From Lama guanicoe (lineage: Eukaryota), in contig MU053934.1 in the NCBI GenBank assembly GCA_013239625.1, forward strand, positions 10,889,003-10,953,002: a DNA stretch of 64,000 nucleotides. The letters run 5' to 3'. Numbering within the stretch: position 1 is the stretch's first letter; each line of letters opens with the position of its first letter. This document shows positions 12,950-25,208 of the stretch, piece by piece. The translations under genes and the position numbers were made by a program. The notes under the pieces are model-generated. The model saw only the letters and a program-made list of their open reading frames with translations. It did not search any database and was not told where the DNA came from.

Positions 12950-13290
12950 AGCCCTCCAGACCTCGGGGTCCAGGAGCCCGCCCCGCAGAAACGCGGCCGG
13001 CCCTGAGCGTGACGCGCAAGCCCGCTCGCGCCAGGGCCGTCCCCGTCCCCGAGAGAAAACACTGGGGAAGGCAAACGGGCGATGCAGGTGGCTGAGTGGA
13101 CGGAGAGGGTGTCACGTCGCCGTGAAGGAGGAACGCCCGCCCCCCCCCCAGTGACCGCAGCCCGAGTGGAGGGCGTCGCTGCGGCCCCGCTCCAGCGCGC
13201 AGTGCCCGCGACTGTGACACGCGCGCCTGGGAGGGAGCGCGCTGACTCGGCGACAAGTGCTTCCGGGAACGTGCGTCAGGAGGGGTGTGA
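12950..13290. other. CpG-rich patch (CpG-island-like)
   Basis: Dense CG dinucleotides, e.g. cgtgacgcgcaagcccgctcgcgcc and cacgcgcgcc. May be GC-converted L1M 3' sequence. Confidence 0.55.
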
Positions 13291-16059
13291 ACTCCTGTAT
13301 TTTGCGGGTGTTTTTTAATCAACTGTTACTATTTTACAATTAAAAACACCTGGGGAAAAAAGTCTTGCATGTTAAGGTAAACACTGTCTGCTGATTCAGA
13401 CAATCAAGTGAATGAGTCCTTTGTCTTTATTTAATTTGCTTAAAACGTGAAGGACTTGAGAAGCCTGGCTGGCTGACGGGGAGACGGGAGCAGCAGGGCC
13501 GGTAGGCGCGGCTCGCATTCTAACTCCTTGGTCCTCAGGGCATCGTCTCGGCTGTCACCTGCCCCACCTTCAAGGTGGGAAAACCGGTGCAGGTACCAGA
13601 GAAGTTTCCAGGTCCCCACCGCTGGTGAGGGGCGCAGCTGGGACTTGAACGCAAACTCCGACTGCTGCCCTCCGGACGCCTCCCAGAGGCAGGCCACCCC
13701 TGCCGACCCTGCCCCCCTCCCTGCCCCCACTCCCCACCGCCCCACCCAGGGAGAAGCCCTCTTCTGCCGTCTTCCCTCTCCGGGCGCTTGCTCCGGGCAT
13801 CCCCGGAGAACTAGGGCGCCCAGCGGGTCCCGTTCCCTTTCTGGGTTTTAATTGCATGAGAGGAGGAGACAAATCTGGGTAAACTGTTATCAGCAAACTG
13901 ACCGTGACTTCCAACTGCAGAGCTTCGGGTCAGGAGTGTCGGTGGGCAAGCTTTAGCCCTGGGGCCAGCTGCTTTGGTCCTCAGGCTGAGGACAGCCAGT
14001 GCTGGGGACGGCCACGCCCACCCTCCCTGCAGGGCAGCGCTGGCTGTGGCCACGGGACCCCTCCGGACGCTCTGTGAGGTGGGGGTGGGGGGCTGAAGTC
14101 CACACCCGCCAGCTCAGCTCTGCACCCGGAAGGCTCCACGATGGGCCACAGACGGGCCCTGCTGAGCAACCCCACCCGCCTCCCTGTCCCCTCGGGGGCT
14201 CAGGGACCGTCCAAGGAGCCTGAGGGTAAGAAGGAGAACCACAGCCCTCTCGGCTGCCAGAGCCTTTCCGGTTACTGGGTTTCCAGGGAAAATTTTAAAT
14301 CCAAGTCAAAACCTCTTTTCCCTTGCAAACTAAAGCCCAGAGAAGTGAAGACCCGCCCCAGCTCCCTCCGGGTTCTGACTCCGCTCAGCGGAGCTTGCTG
14401 GGGCTGGGATGTGGTCCCTCCGTAGGAGCCGGGTCAGGGCCGCATCCTCCTGGGACCCGCAGGCGCGGCCCTCATGGCACCTGGAGGTTCAGTGTCCCCA
14501 GCCCGGCAGGTCGGTAGGACGCAGGGCAGCGGAGGACCCCAGAGCCCAGCCCTGGGCCGTCCGGGGCCCCTGCTGCCTGTGGACCTGGGCTTGCCTGGTC
14601 AGGCTGGCTGAGCCCAGCAGGGCCTCCACCCCAGGGGCCCAGGAGGGCGCTGCTGGCTGCTCTTCTGAGGCGCCTTGGGCCCTCCAGGTCTGTGGCCACC
14701 CTGGCCTCGGGTCACGACACTACCTCACCACTGCTGTCCCCTTCCTCCAGAGGGGCTGTGCCCTCCCTCACTGCCCCTCCCCTGTTGGCTTCCTCCCCTG
14801 AGCTGGCCCCCACATGGACTTGGATTTGAAGATGCTGACCTACCCTTAGGTCAACTGCAGCCTGTTTTCACCGGGAGGTGGGTCCCAGCGCCCTCCCCCT
14901 CACCTTCCTCCCCTCTTCCTCCTCCATCCATCCCTGCTTGGATCCCAAACTCAGTACACATGCAACACATGCACGGCGGTGGGGAAGCATGCGCGGGGAC
15001 CAGAGGGAGAGCTGAGTCTTTCTCCCCGTGCGAGCAGGGACTTCCACCGCCCAGAGGTGCTGGAAAGCCTCCCCACCTGACCCCGCCCCACTTCTCCGGG
15101 GAGCGGGGGACAGAGCAGAGCGTGGCCACTTGCCGGAGCCCTCGCTCCCACTGGTCTCCCCTGGCCAGGCGGTCTGGGCCTTGCCCCTCAGTGGAGCACG
15201 ACCTGCCCCGGGAAGGAGACCCCCTTTCAAGGCGCTTCCTTCATCAAGGAAAAGTAGTGGCCAGGCACACGGCCCAGCCCCACCCCGTGTCTAAGCTGGC
15301 TGTCCTCCTGGCCACACCGTTTCCGTTTCCCGGGGGCGGGAGGGGTGCGCTCCGTCCGCGGGTCACACTGCGAACCCAGCACACACGCCCCTCCCCTCTC
15401 AGGGGTCTTAAGTGGGCCTCGCTGGGGCTCGGAGGAGACAATTCCAGAGGCTAAACTGCAAAGCTGTTCGAGACCGCAGGCCCGGCAGCTGCCAAGGCTT
15501 TCCTGGGCACCTCCCGGCCCCCGGCCCGTCCGTGACAGGGGGGCTCGGACTAACACTCACTGCACCCATCTGCTGAGAGGCCCCCGGGCACCCAGCAGAT
15601 GGGCTCAGCCTGTGCCGTCACTGCCGGCCGCATGGCTCCCGCCCCAAGAGGCAGCTCGCTCTGTGGTTAACAGCGCTTGTCGGAACGTCTGGCCTTTAAT
15701 GCAGCCAAAAATCTGCGTCCCTGTCAGCCCTGCCAGTGGGTCCCCTGCTGCCGTGGGGCTGAGGGGGAAGACGTCTCTCCCCGGAGGGGCCCTGAGAGGC
15801 CCGCGAGCTCTCCACTCAGCAGCCCGCACCTTTCAGCCGACCGCCTGTCTCTGCAGCGCGCGGCCCTGGCACTCAGCCCTGGGGGCCTCCCTCCAGCCAG
15901 GGTCCTCGGGAAGGGACGGTGACACCTGTGCGGACAGCAGATGGCCCACTCTTCCCCTGCTGCTGGGCTGGGGTCCGGGCTAGGGAGCCCGAGCCAGCAC
16001 GGTGGGACCCGCACCGCACGCACGTCGGCCAGGCTCTCCCCCTCCCTCCCCCCCCCCAC

Positions 16060-16400
16060 TAGTGGTTGATTTTTGTCTTTCCTGACCAGCGAGCAGGGCT
16101 GCACGCTGAACCTTGCTCAGTCCCATCGCGTTCACTTCAGTCCATTGTTCTGTTTGTCAAGAGGCTTTTTGTGCCCAGAGTGTTTCTTCCGCCACATCAG
16201 CCACCCCTCTGAGCTCTGATCTGCAAATGTGACAAGCAGGCCCCGTACGCCGTTATCCCAGTCATTGACGCAAACGCTGGCCAGGGCCGGGGCGAGGACG
16301 GGCGCGCCACCGGGGGCCTCCCTGCCCCTTGACATCGATCCATTAATCAATGCGCTCGGGCGCCGTCTCTCAGCAGCCCTGCTGCTACCTGTCTCCCGGC
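16060..16400 (-). mobile_element. L3/CR1 LINE fragment covering the reverse-transcriptase core (fossil)
   Basis: Minus-strand translation LINGSMSRGREAPGGAPVLAPALASVCVNDWDNGVRGLLVTFADQ matches the CR1 RT pattern (LINGSMS.WREV.SGVPQGSVLGP.LFNIFINDLD.G....L.KFADD). The FAD codons are at 16219-16227. Confidence 0.85.
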
Positions 16401-16850
16401 CCACGCGACAGACTGGGGACTTCGCAGACTCTCCCTGCTGCCTGTCTGCCAGCATCCACCGAGGTCCCAGGTGCCACTGGTGTGCCTGCCTACGATGCAC
16501 CTCACGAACACCACGGTGGCCTCTGTCCGTCGTGGTCACTCCCGTGGCCGATGGTACTCCCTCCTCCCCGTGTCCTCCTGGAAGTTTTAAAGCCCCAGCC
16601 CACGCCCTTCCCTTCCCAGGAGCCCTCTGATGCAACCCAGGCGTGGCCTCCCTGGGCTGTCCTTGGCTCACCCGTGCTCCCAGAAGCCCCCTTGCTCGAG
16701 GCTGGAGTACCTGCTGTGTGGTGCACACAGCGTCTGGGTAGGGCTTGCCCCACCTCATCTCTGACTCCCCGCCCCACGTCCGGGGAGGCCCTGGTGGTCA
16801 TTCAGCCACATCAGTGGATCAAATAAGCAAGCCTTCACACTCTCACTGGG

Positions 16851-17171
16851 CAGGACTCAGTAGACTGTGACTTACGGGGCCAAGAGCAGGCGGCTGCCTG
16901 GGTTTGTGTGGTCTGTGAGTTCTCGGTGCTTTTTTCTTTTAAGGATTTTAAAAGATTGGACAAAATTATGAGGGATAATATTTCATGATCCAGGGCAATG
17001 ATATGAAATGCAAATTTCAGATCCAGAACCACAGTCCTCCTGGAGGGCGGCCACACCGGCTCCGTGAGCTGCCGTCACAGTGTAGCAGGTGGGCAGTGGG
17101 GGCAGTGGCCCCACGGCCACAGGGCTGAAACGTGCTCGCCGGCCCTTTACAGAAGACATTTCTGACCCTTG
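16851..17171 (+). mobile_element. MER58B-like hAT-Charlie non-autonomous DNA transposon
   Basis: Degenerate terminal inverted repeats (caggactcagtagac ... atttctgacccttg). Internal atatttcatga...tatgaaatgcaaatttcag and ggccctttacagaa match MER58B as remembered. Confidence 0.8.
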
Positions 17172-19862
17172 TCGGAGGGAAACGGGCCCTGAGCAGGGCA
17201 GCACGGACATCCATGGACTAAGTGCATTTATTTGTTCAAGGAGTCATGATTTGTAGCCAGCCCACGCTGGACGAGGAGCTACGTGCAGGCAATTCGAGAA
17301 AATCACACTTCGTTCGGGGAAAGTGACAAACATTAAAACGCAAAATAATTCCATATTATAAAAAAGTGACATAAATCACAGGGCCAGAGAATGTTGCGGT
17401 GCAAAGGGGTAGGTTGTCTAGAGAAGACCCTGGACAAGGGAGCTTCCCTGCAGGACCAGAGGGCTGCCTGGAGGAGGGAGCAGGGGAGGTCCTGCCAGAG
17501 GCGGGAGCAGCCTGTAGGTGCAGGGGGAGCCAGGCTGGGGGTGGGGAGGCCCCGCAGGGTAAAGAGCTGGGCTTCGCGCCAACATGGTGAGAAACCATCG
17601 GGGTGGGGGGCGCAAACAGGGAAGCCACATGCCCTGATATGCATTCTGAGAAGTAAGGGGCCGACACAGAAATAAGTACCAAGGACAGTGCACATGACAC
17701 GCAGGCGGGTTTGTCCCAAGCAAACGCCTGTATCTCAGAGCGGGCTCTGCAATGCTCAGACCTGGGGACCAAAAGCCATGCTCTTCCACACACACAGATC
17801 ATTGGCTGTCTCGCTGATGCGCACCCCGTCCGATCCTTCCTGCCCCACCCGCCACCTTCCACCGGGCAGAGGGCTCCGCGCCGGCCGGCACCAGAGCTCG
17901 GGGCGGACAGAGACCAAGCACCCCTTACAGCGGAGGGTCAGCTCTAGGAGGGAGGGGGCACACGCCTCCTGGGACAGCAGGGTGGCCGCACGCGTGGAGG
18001 TCAGGGCACAGTATCCCTGCCTGGGGCAGTGCCCCAGGAGGTGACAAAGGAGGGGTTGCAACTCTGGAGGTCTCGCAGGTTAGGGACGGTAGCTCCCAGG
18101 ATGGGCAGAAATGCACACGCCGCCCCTCTGGGGACAGAAGCACGCCTTCCTGGCTCTTTCCGGTCCTGGCTGAGCTTAGGACGGTAGGAAGCCCTGAGGG
18201 CTGACTGGGGCAGGTGGGCACGGTGGCCTGCCTTGGGTGGCCACCAGCCCTGACTCCTCCGTGACCAGCGAGTCCTATGGGGGGCAGCTGCACCTCCTCC
18301 AAATGAGAGGCCTGGACCAGCCACAGGGATGTTGGCCTCGTGCCAGGCCATCCCAGAGGTTGCTTCCTGTCTCCCCTCCCACACGGTCTTCTGCGTGGTT
18401 CAAGGACGTCAGCACACGTCTGTGCTCAGGCCTGGGCCAGGGGCCAGGGACAGATAAGCCACAGGCACATAAAGCAAAGAGATCGCAGGGTGGGGAATGA
18501 CCGCTGCTCAGAGCAGAGCAAGACCCACTGTGGGAAGGGGTCCCCACGCAGTGCCACCTCCTCGGGCCCCCCACTGGTGATGACCAAGACTGTCCACACT
18601 GTGCTCAGCAGATCCTTCCCGGGGACAGTGGTAGCAACAGCTCCGGGCAGGGAGAGCTGCATGCCAGGTCGTACCTCCCCACAGTCCCATGAGGACAAGG
18701 AGCATTTCTCTTTCCTTTGTGGAGCCCTCTCTAGTGTCTCAAAACAGAGCAGGCACTCCAGAAGGAGTATGGCATGGATACACTGATGATGGGAAGAGCT
18801 GGGAGGAGACTCAGCATCATGCCTGTGGTGCCTGCTTCCACGGCCACTGCCACTGCTCCACTTGGAACCTGACCTGCTTCAGGAGACTCACAACAGACAC
18901 TACATATTCCGCTTTCAGATCACACCATTGGAGACCCTAACGTTCACAGCCTGTGTTCTCCATGTTTCTCATGTTCTGTTCCACTCCCCCCATCACAGTG
19001 TCTTTGCTTGTCAAGCTGGCTGATTGGTGCCTGTTTTACTGCCAATGACACAGAATCTTGTCCAGCACTGGGACTCCCTGCCTTGTTAGACCCTCAGCGG
19101 AGAATACAGCACCCCACAGTCACCTCTAACATCTCAGCACAGCTCCCAGATCTGGCCAGTTATCTGCCCTGCCCTCCCCAAGCACGGGGTCTTGTATGTC
19201 CAGCTGCACAAGCTCCTCTCTGTGGGCTGGCCCGCGCCACGCCAGGCTCATCCAGTACACAGTGTTCGTACAGCTTCTCTTTTCAACTGACAAGGATCTT
19301 TCAAACTGCGGGCACCTTTTGCTCTTTCTTTCTGCCCAAGGTGCCAGGCCATTATTAACTGGTCTTTCTACATCTTCCCTTACAGCAACTCAGACTGAGG
19401 TGTCACTGTAACCTCATTCCTGGATGATCCAAACTCCTTCCAAATCAGCCCACTCCCAAATTCCCTCTGCTCTTACAGATCCTGCATTTGGCTTCTGAGT
19501 TAATCCACCCAAGGCAAAACCTCCATGTTCACTCTCTTTCAGGAGAACCAGAGAGATAATGAGCAAACGCAGGGTAAGGAACAAGAGCTCCAGGGAAGCA
19601 CTCTGGACGACGGGGCACCAACCTCTGGAAACCCACTCTTCTGTGAAAGCGATGAGAATAAGGGGAAAATTTGTCAAAATCAACATTTTCAGAACTCTGT
19701 ACGTTAAGCAAAGCCTTGCAACAGTGCAAGAAACGTCTTTTCAGGAAAAATGGCTGCATCTCAGTAAAAACAGTAAACTTGGGGCTTTTTGACTTTCACT
19801 AGTCCCATCTCTCTCCCCCAGCTCTGTGGAAGCTTTAAAAACCAACAGCCCTGCAATCGTGG

Positions 19863-20422
19863 TGCGTTAGTCCAAGTGCTCCAGAGAAGCACTGCCAACA
19901 GTACCGACAGGACACACACACACGTACATACGTCCTATTCTATGTTCTCTATATATAAATATAGAAAACTATATTTACTATGAGAAATTGGCTCACAGTT
20001 TTATGGAGACTAAGTCCCAAGATCTGCAGTTGGCAAGCTGAGCTCAGGAGAACCGAGGATGTAGTTCTAGCCCGAGCACGAAGGCCTGAGACCCAGGAGA
20101 ACATATGGTGTACATTACAGTGAGAGCCAGCAGGCTTGTGTCCCCAGAGGAGCCAGCTTTGCCATTCAACATCAAAAGCAGGAGAACACCGACATTCCAA
20201 CTCAACCAGACAGGTGGGAGGCATTGCTTCTTACTCAGCCTTTTTGTTCTGTGCAGGCCTTCAACTGACCCACACTAGGGAGGGAAATCTGCTTCATCAA
20301 TCTAACTATTTGAATGTTAATCTTATCCAGAAACACCCTCACAGACACACTCAGAATAATGCTTGATTAAATGTTCAGGCACCCCATGGCTCAGTCAAGT
20401 TGACATAAAATTGCCCATCACA
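19863..20422 (-). mobile_element. ERVL solo LTR (MLT2-like) nested in L1M
   Basis: TG...CA termini (tgcgttagtcc ... tcaagttgacataaaattgcccatcaca) and a 5-bp TSD cgtgg (19858-19862) / catgg (20423-20427). Confidence 0.9.
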
Positions 20423-21254
20423 CATGGTGAAGGTCTGTAGCCGCAGAAACAGAGTTGGTGTGAGAAGTGGCAGCCTGACGGCCGTTAGCAGGGGCAGAAT
20501 TAGTCCGGAGCCCCACTAAAAGCTCCAAAGCTAGAGAGCTATCACTGTTTGACCTACAGTTAACCGGAAACAACCATTCAAAGAGATTGTCTTTATTTGA
20601 CATGACTGAGAACCTACTCTGCGCAGAGAAGATGTGCAGCAACGGTGTTTGTCAAAAACAATCAGCAGCAATTGCTTCACATGGTAGCTGCCCGAGGCAG
20701 CAACACCGATGTAAGGCGATGGAAACAGACTAAAAATCTTAAAAGGAAAATTGGTGGCACAAAATCCCTGCAGGGGGCTTTGCAAACCTTTGAAATATTC
20801 CCAGGGATCTAGGAGTCAGGTAGGGCTGTGCATATGCCCAGGAAAGACTTGAGAGGGACCCGATCTCTCACCTTGAGGTTCTGTGAAAACAGGACTTGAA
20901 GGCCGAGGCAGAGCTGTGCACTGCCCGTTAAAGAACTGAAAATGCAGCCCGAAGACACGTGGAGCCTCTCGGCAAAGCTTGGGGGACACACTGATGAAGG
21001 TATTAAAGGAAATCTGTGCCCAATTCTCAGACGACAGCTGAACTAATCAAGGAGAGACTTTAGTCACCATACACAACAAAGAATACAGACTTTACAGAAA
21101 TATTTTGGGAAAGTAACTAACAAACAGCAGAAACAACAAGCATGGGGGGCAAGGAACAATCTGATTTCCAGAGTTGTGACAATATATTATTTAAAATTTA
21201 CAATTTTCAGAAGAAAATTATGAGATAGCCCAAAAATCTACATATTATGAGATA

Positions 21255-21870
21255 TACATATTATATATTCTTGTATATATTACATAAGGTATATATTCTT
21301 ATGTGCACATATATGCATATACAATTACATTATACTCAATACTATTCAGCCATAAGAATTTAGGAAATCCTACCACTTGGAACAACATGGATGGACCTTG
21401 AAGCCATTTCACATTATACTAAGTGAAATAAGTCAGACAGAGAAGGACAAATACTGTATGATTTCACTTGTGTGTGTTAAAAAAAAAAGTTGGAACAGGA
21501 GATCAGACTTGTAGTTACGAGAGGTGGATGGTGGGTGAGGGGAAATTGGAGGAAGATGGTCAAAAGGCACAACCTTCCAGTTATAAGATAAATAAGCACT
21601 GGGGATGTGACGTGCAGCACGCTGCCCATGGCTGCACTGCTGTGTGACGTACAGGAATGTTAAGAGAGTAAATCCTGTAAGTTCTCACCACAAGGAGAAT
21701 TTCTCTTCTTTTTTTCTTTCTTTTCTTTTTATTGAATTTATATAAAGTGGATGTTAGCAACCTACTGTGGTAACTGTTGCACAATATATGTAAATCAAAC
21801 CATCATGCTGTGTGTCCTAAAGTTATACCATGATATGGCAATTATTTCTCAAGAAAACTGAAAACATTTT
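21255..21870 (+). mobile_element. L1MA9/10-like 3' end nested in the older L1M
   Basis: tactattcagccataa...aacaacatggatggaccttgaag...taagtgaaataagtcagacagagaaggacaaatactgtatg...ttccagttataagataaataag. tgagata flanks both sides, a possible decayed TSD. Confidence 0.85.
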
Positions 21871-24727
21871 TTTTGAGATACACAAAGAAACAGGAATGTA
21901 TGTGTAAAGGTGAAGTGGGGATGCAGTCAATAGAAATTCTCTCTAAGGAGGCAGACACTAGGCTTACTAGACAGACTTTAAACCAGCTGTCATACATAAA
22001 ACAGACACAGATATCACAAGGAAATGACAGACCAATCTTCCTTATGAATATCCTCCGTGTAATGCGCCATCTCAGTAGGAAAAAAAACATGATATTTCAG
22101 CACACAAAGAAAAAACATTTGACAAATTCTAACACACTTTCATGATAAAAAAAAATTCAAGAATCTAGGAATAGAAGCAATTCCTCACCTTGATAAAAGA
22201 CATATACAAAAATCTCACAGCTGACATCATGCTGGATGGTGAAACACTGCTCACAGTCAGGAATCAGGGAGTGAAGCTGTTCTCACCACTTCTATTGGAC
22301 ATTTTACTGGAGGGCTAGTCAGGGAAATTAGGCAAGAAAAAGCAATAAAAAGCATCCAAATTGGAATGGAAGAAGTAAAACCATGTCTATTAGCAGAAAC
22401 ATGATTATGCATATTGAAAACCCTAAGGAACCCTCACACACACACACAACCGTTAAAACTAATACATAAGTTCAGCAAAATTGCAGGGCACACGATCAAC
22501 ATACAAAATCAATTGTATTTCTATAAACTTGCAAGAAACAATAAAAACAAAAATTTAAAAACAAGTCCATTTACAGTAGCATGAAAAAGATTAAATATAC
22601 TCAACAAAGGACGTGCATGACTAATCCACTGAAAACCACAAAACATTACTGGAAAAAATTAAGGAAGGTCTAAATAAGAGGAAAATATCCCATATTCATG
22701 GATCATAAGACAAGACTTTTAAGATGATACCATTCCCCAAAATGATCTACAGATTTAACATAATTCCTATCAAAATCCCCCAACTTTTTTGGTAGGAAAT
22801 TCCAAGCTAACCCTAAAGCTCACATGGATATGCGACAGGCCCAGGATAGCCAAAACAATCTCGAAAAAGAAGAACAAAGGTAAAGTACTTGCATTTTTTA
22901 GATTCAAAACTTACACTAAAGCTACAGTAATCAATGTAGTGTAGTATTAGCTTAAGGTTAGAAATGTAGATAAAGGGAACAGAATTTAGGGTCCAAACAT
23001 AAACCTTTGCAACTATGGTCACTGATTTTTGACAAAAGTGCCAAGGCCACCCACAGGGGAGAAACAGTCATTTCAATAAACAGTGCTGGAACAAGGGTTC
23101 ACATGTGAAACAATGACGGTGGACTCCCTACCTCACACCACACACAAAAAGTTAACTCATTATTGACCCTGGATCATGAATCTTCCAAGTAAGATTATTA
23201 GCTCCTCCTAGAGACAAGACCACCCTGCTCTGAAGCAGAAAACATCACAGTAACACTTTGTGATCTTGGTTTAGGCAACTGTTTCTTAGCTATCACATCA
23301 CATTGGACTTCATCAACGTTCAAAGCTTTCGTGGTTCAAAAGTAAGTTAAAGGCAACCTACGGAATGGGAGAAAATATTTGAAAACCATATAACAGATAA
23401 AATTCTGGCATTCAAAGTATATAAACAACCTTTGCAACTGGACAATAAAAATAAAAATATATTGATTGAAAGGTCGGCAAAGAATTTGAGCAGACATTTC
23501 TCCACAGAAGATACACAAATGACAGGGACGCACGTGAAAATGTGCTCAACATGGTCAGTTATCAGAGATGTGCAAATCCACACCACAGCGAGACACCACT
23601 TCACACCTGCTGGGGCTAACGTGGTTTTAAAAAGCCAGACAGTAGCAAGTGTTGGCAAGGATGCAGAGAAATTGTAATTCTTGTATATTGCTAGGGAGAT
23701 TTTAAAACAGCAAAATCACTCTAAGAAAGAGTTTGGCTATTTCTCAAACTATCTCAAAATGTTAAACACAGCATTACCAAGGGACTCAGCAATGCCAAAC
23801 TTTGGTAAATATTCAAAAGAAACGAAAGCACGTGTTCACACAGAAACTCAGGCATGAGTGTTCATAGCAGCATTATTCCTAACAGCCAAAACGTGGGAAA
23901 CGGCCAAGTGTACATCAGTCAGCTAAAGGACAAATAAAACACACACATGCATGACCCGTCCTTCTCAGACATGAGAAAGGAACGAACTATTTACACAGGC
24001 TTCAACATGTGTGAACCTTGAACACGTTATGATCATTGAAAGAAGCCAGTCGCCAGAAATGACATTGTGTGATCCTGCTTAGGTGGAATGTCGAGAACAG
24101 GTACATCCACAGAGACAGGAAGTGGGTTGTGGTTCCCGGGAGCTGCAGGAGGGGGCAGGTGACGGCCACGGGCACAGGCACAGAATCTCTTTTCGAGGTG
24201 ATGGACGTCCTTCCTAATGACCTAATGGTGATCACACACAGCTCTGTGAATAGACTAAAACCCACCGAACTGTACACATCAAAAGAGATTTTTATGAGAT
24301 GTGAATTATAACTGAATTACATTACAAATTACATTACATAAATTACATTATAAAATGAAATTAGACCTTCAGCATGCTGTAAACTACACAAATAAGTTTG
24401 TGTTGTGGGGAAACTTGAAAGAAAATGTTACTTTATCAGTGAGGCTGTCCAAGATCACCCACTTCGTTTTTCTTTGAGGTACCCACCGTCCTCGACACAC
24501 CATCTACAGTGAAATTCAATCACATGAGAAATCCAATCACCTAGTGGTGTGAACTGCAGGGTCACAGCTCTGTGAGGTGAATGGACGACTGCTGAGTCCA
24601 TACAGAGGATCATCTTGGTATCTGGGAGTCCAGTTGCACAATTTGCATCCTCCTCAGGCCCCGCCCCAGTTTGGGGTCACCTGGTGGCACCTGTCAATAT
24701 TGATGGAGGCGATTCTGGTCCCTTTTG

Positions 24728-25208
24728 TGTGTTTTTAGGGCTCTCCAGAGAAACAGAACCAACAGGACACGTATGTGTATGATTTATTATAAGAAACTGG
24801 CTCCCACGGGCATGCGAGGTGGGATGCTGTTAGATCGTCACGGTGTGTAAGCAGGATGGGCACCCGGGGCGGCTGCTGGTGTCGTCCAGTCTGAGTCCAA
24901 AGGCCTGAGAACCAGGAGAGACAGTGGTGTAGCTCTAAGTCTGAAGGTGGGACAAAAGCTGGTGTCCGAGTTTGAAGGCCACCGGCAGAAAGAATTCCTT
25001 TGGGGGAGGGCCAGCCTTTTTTGTCCTCTTCAGTGGGTTGGATGAGGCCTGCTCATGTTAGGGAGAGCCATCCGTTTCACTCAGTCCACGGGTTCAGGTG
25101 TGAATCTCATCCAGAATCACCCTCACAGAAACGCCTGGAGTCATTCTGGCCTGACGCCTGGGCACCCCGTGGCGCAGACAAGTTGACAGATGCCACTAAC
25201 CATCTCGC
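24728..25208 (-). mobile_element. ERVL solo LTR (MLT2-like)
   Basis: ttagggctctccagagaaacagaaccaacagg...tctgagtccaaaggcctgagaaccaggag...caagttgaca...taaccatc. Confidence 0.88.

Larger units (their letters stand above)
19560..24312 (+). mobile_element. Ancient L1M4/L1MB-like element (5' region, internally deleted ORF2, 3'UTR) with nested insertions
   Basis: 5' motif tgtcaaaatcaacattttcagaactctg (19673). Decayed ORF2 at about 22000-23950 (catttgacaaa, gttcagcaaaattgcaggg, gatctacagattta, cagacatttctccacagaagatacacaaatg). L1MB-type 3'UTR ends at gatgtgaattata. Confidence 0.85.

Noticed and set aside
16132..16758. 208-aa ORF as a functional reverse transcriptase or retron-like system
   Set aside because: Only the C-terminal 70 or so residues resemble CR1 RT, the QG motif is missing and the catalytic FADD is mutated.
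19863..25208. Two same-orientation MLT2 LTRs as the ends of an ERVL provirus
   Set aside because: The first LTR has its own TSD and the interior is L1, not gag/pol.
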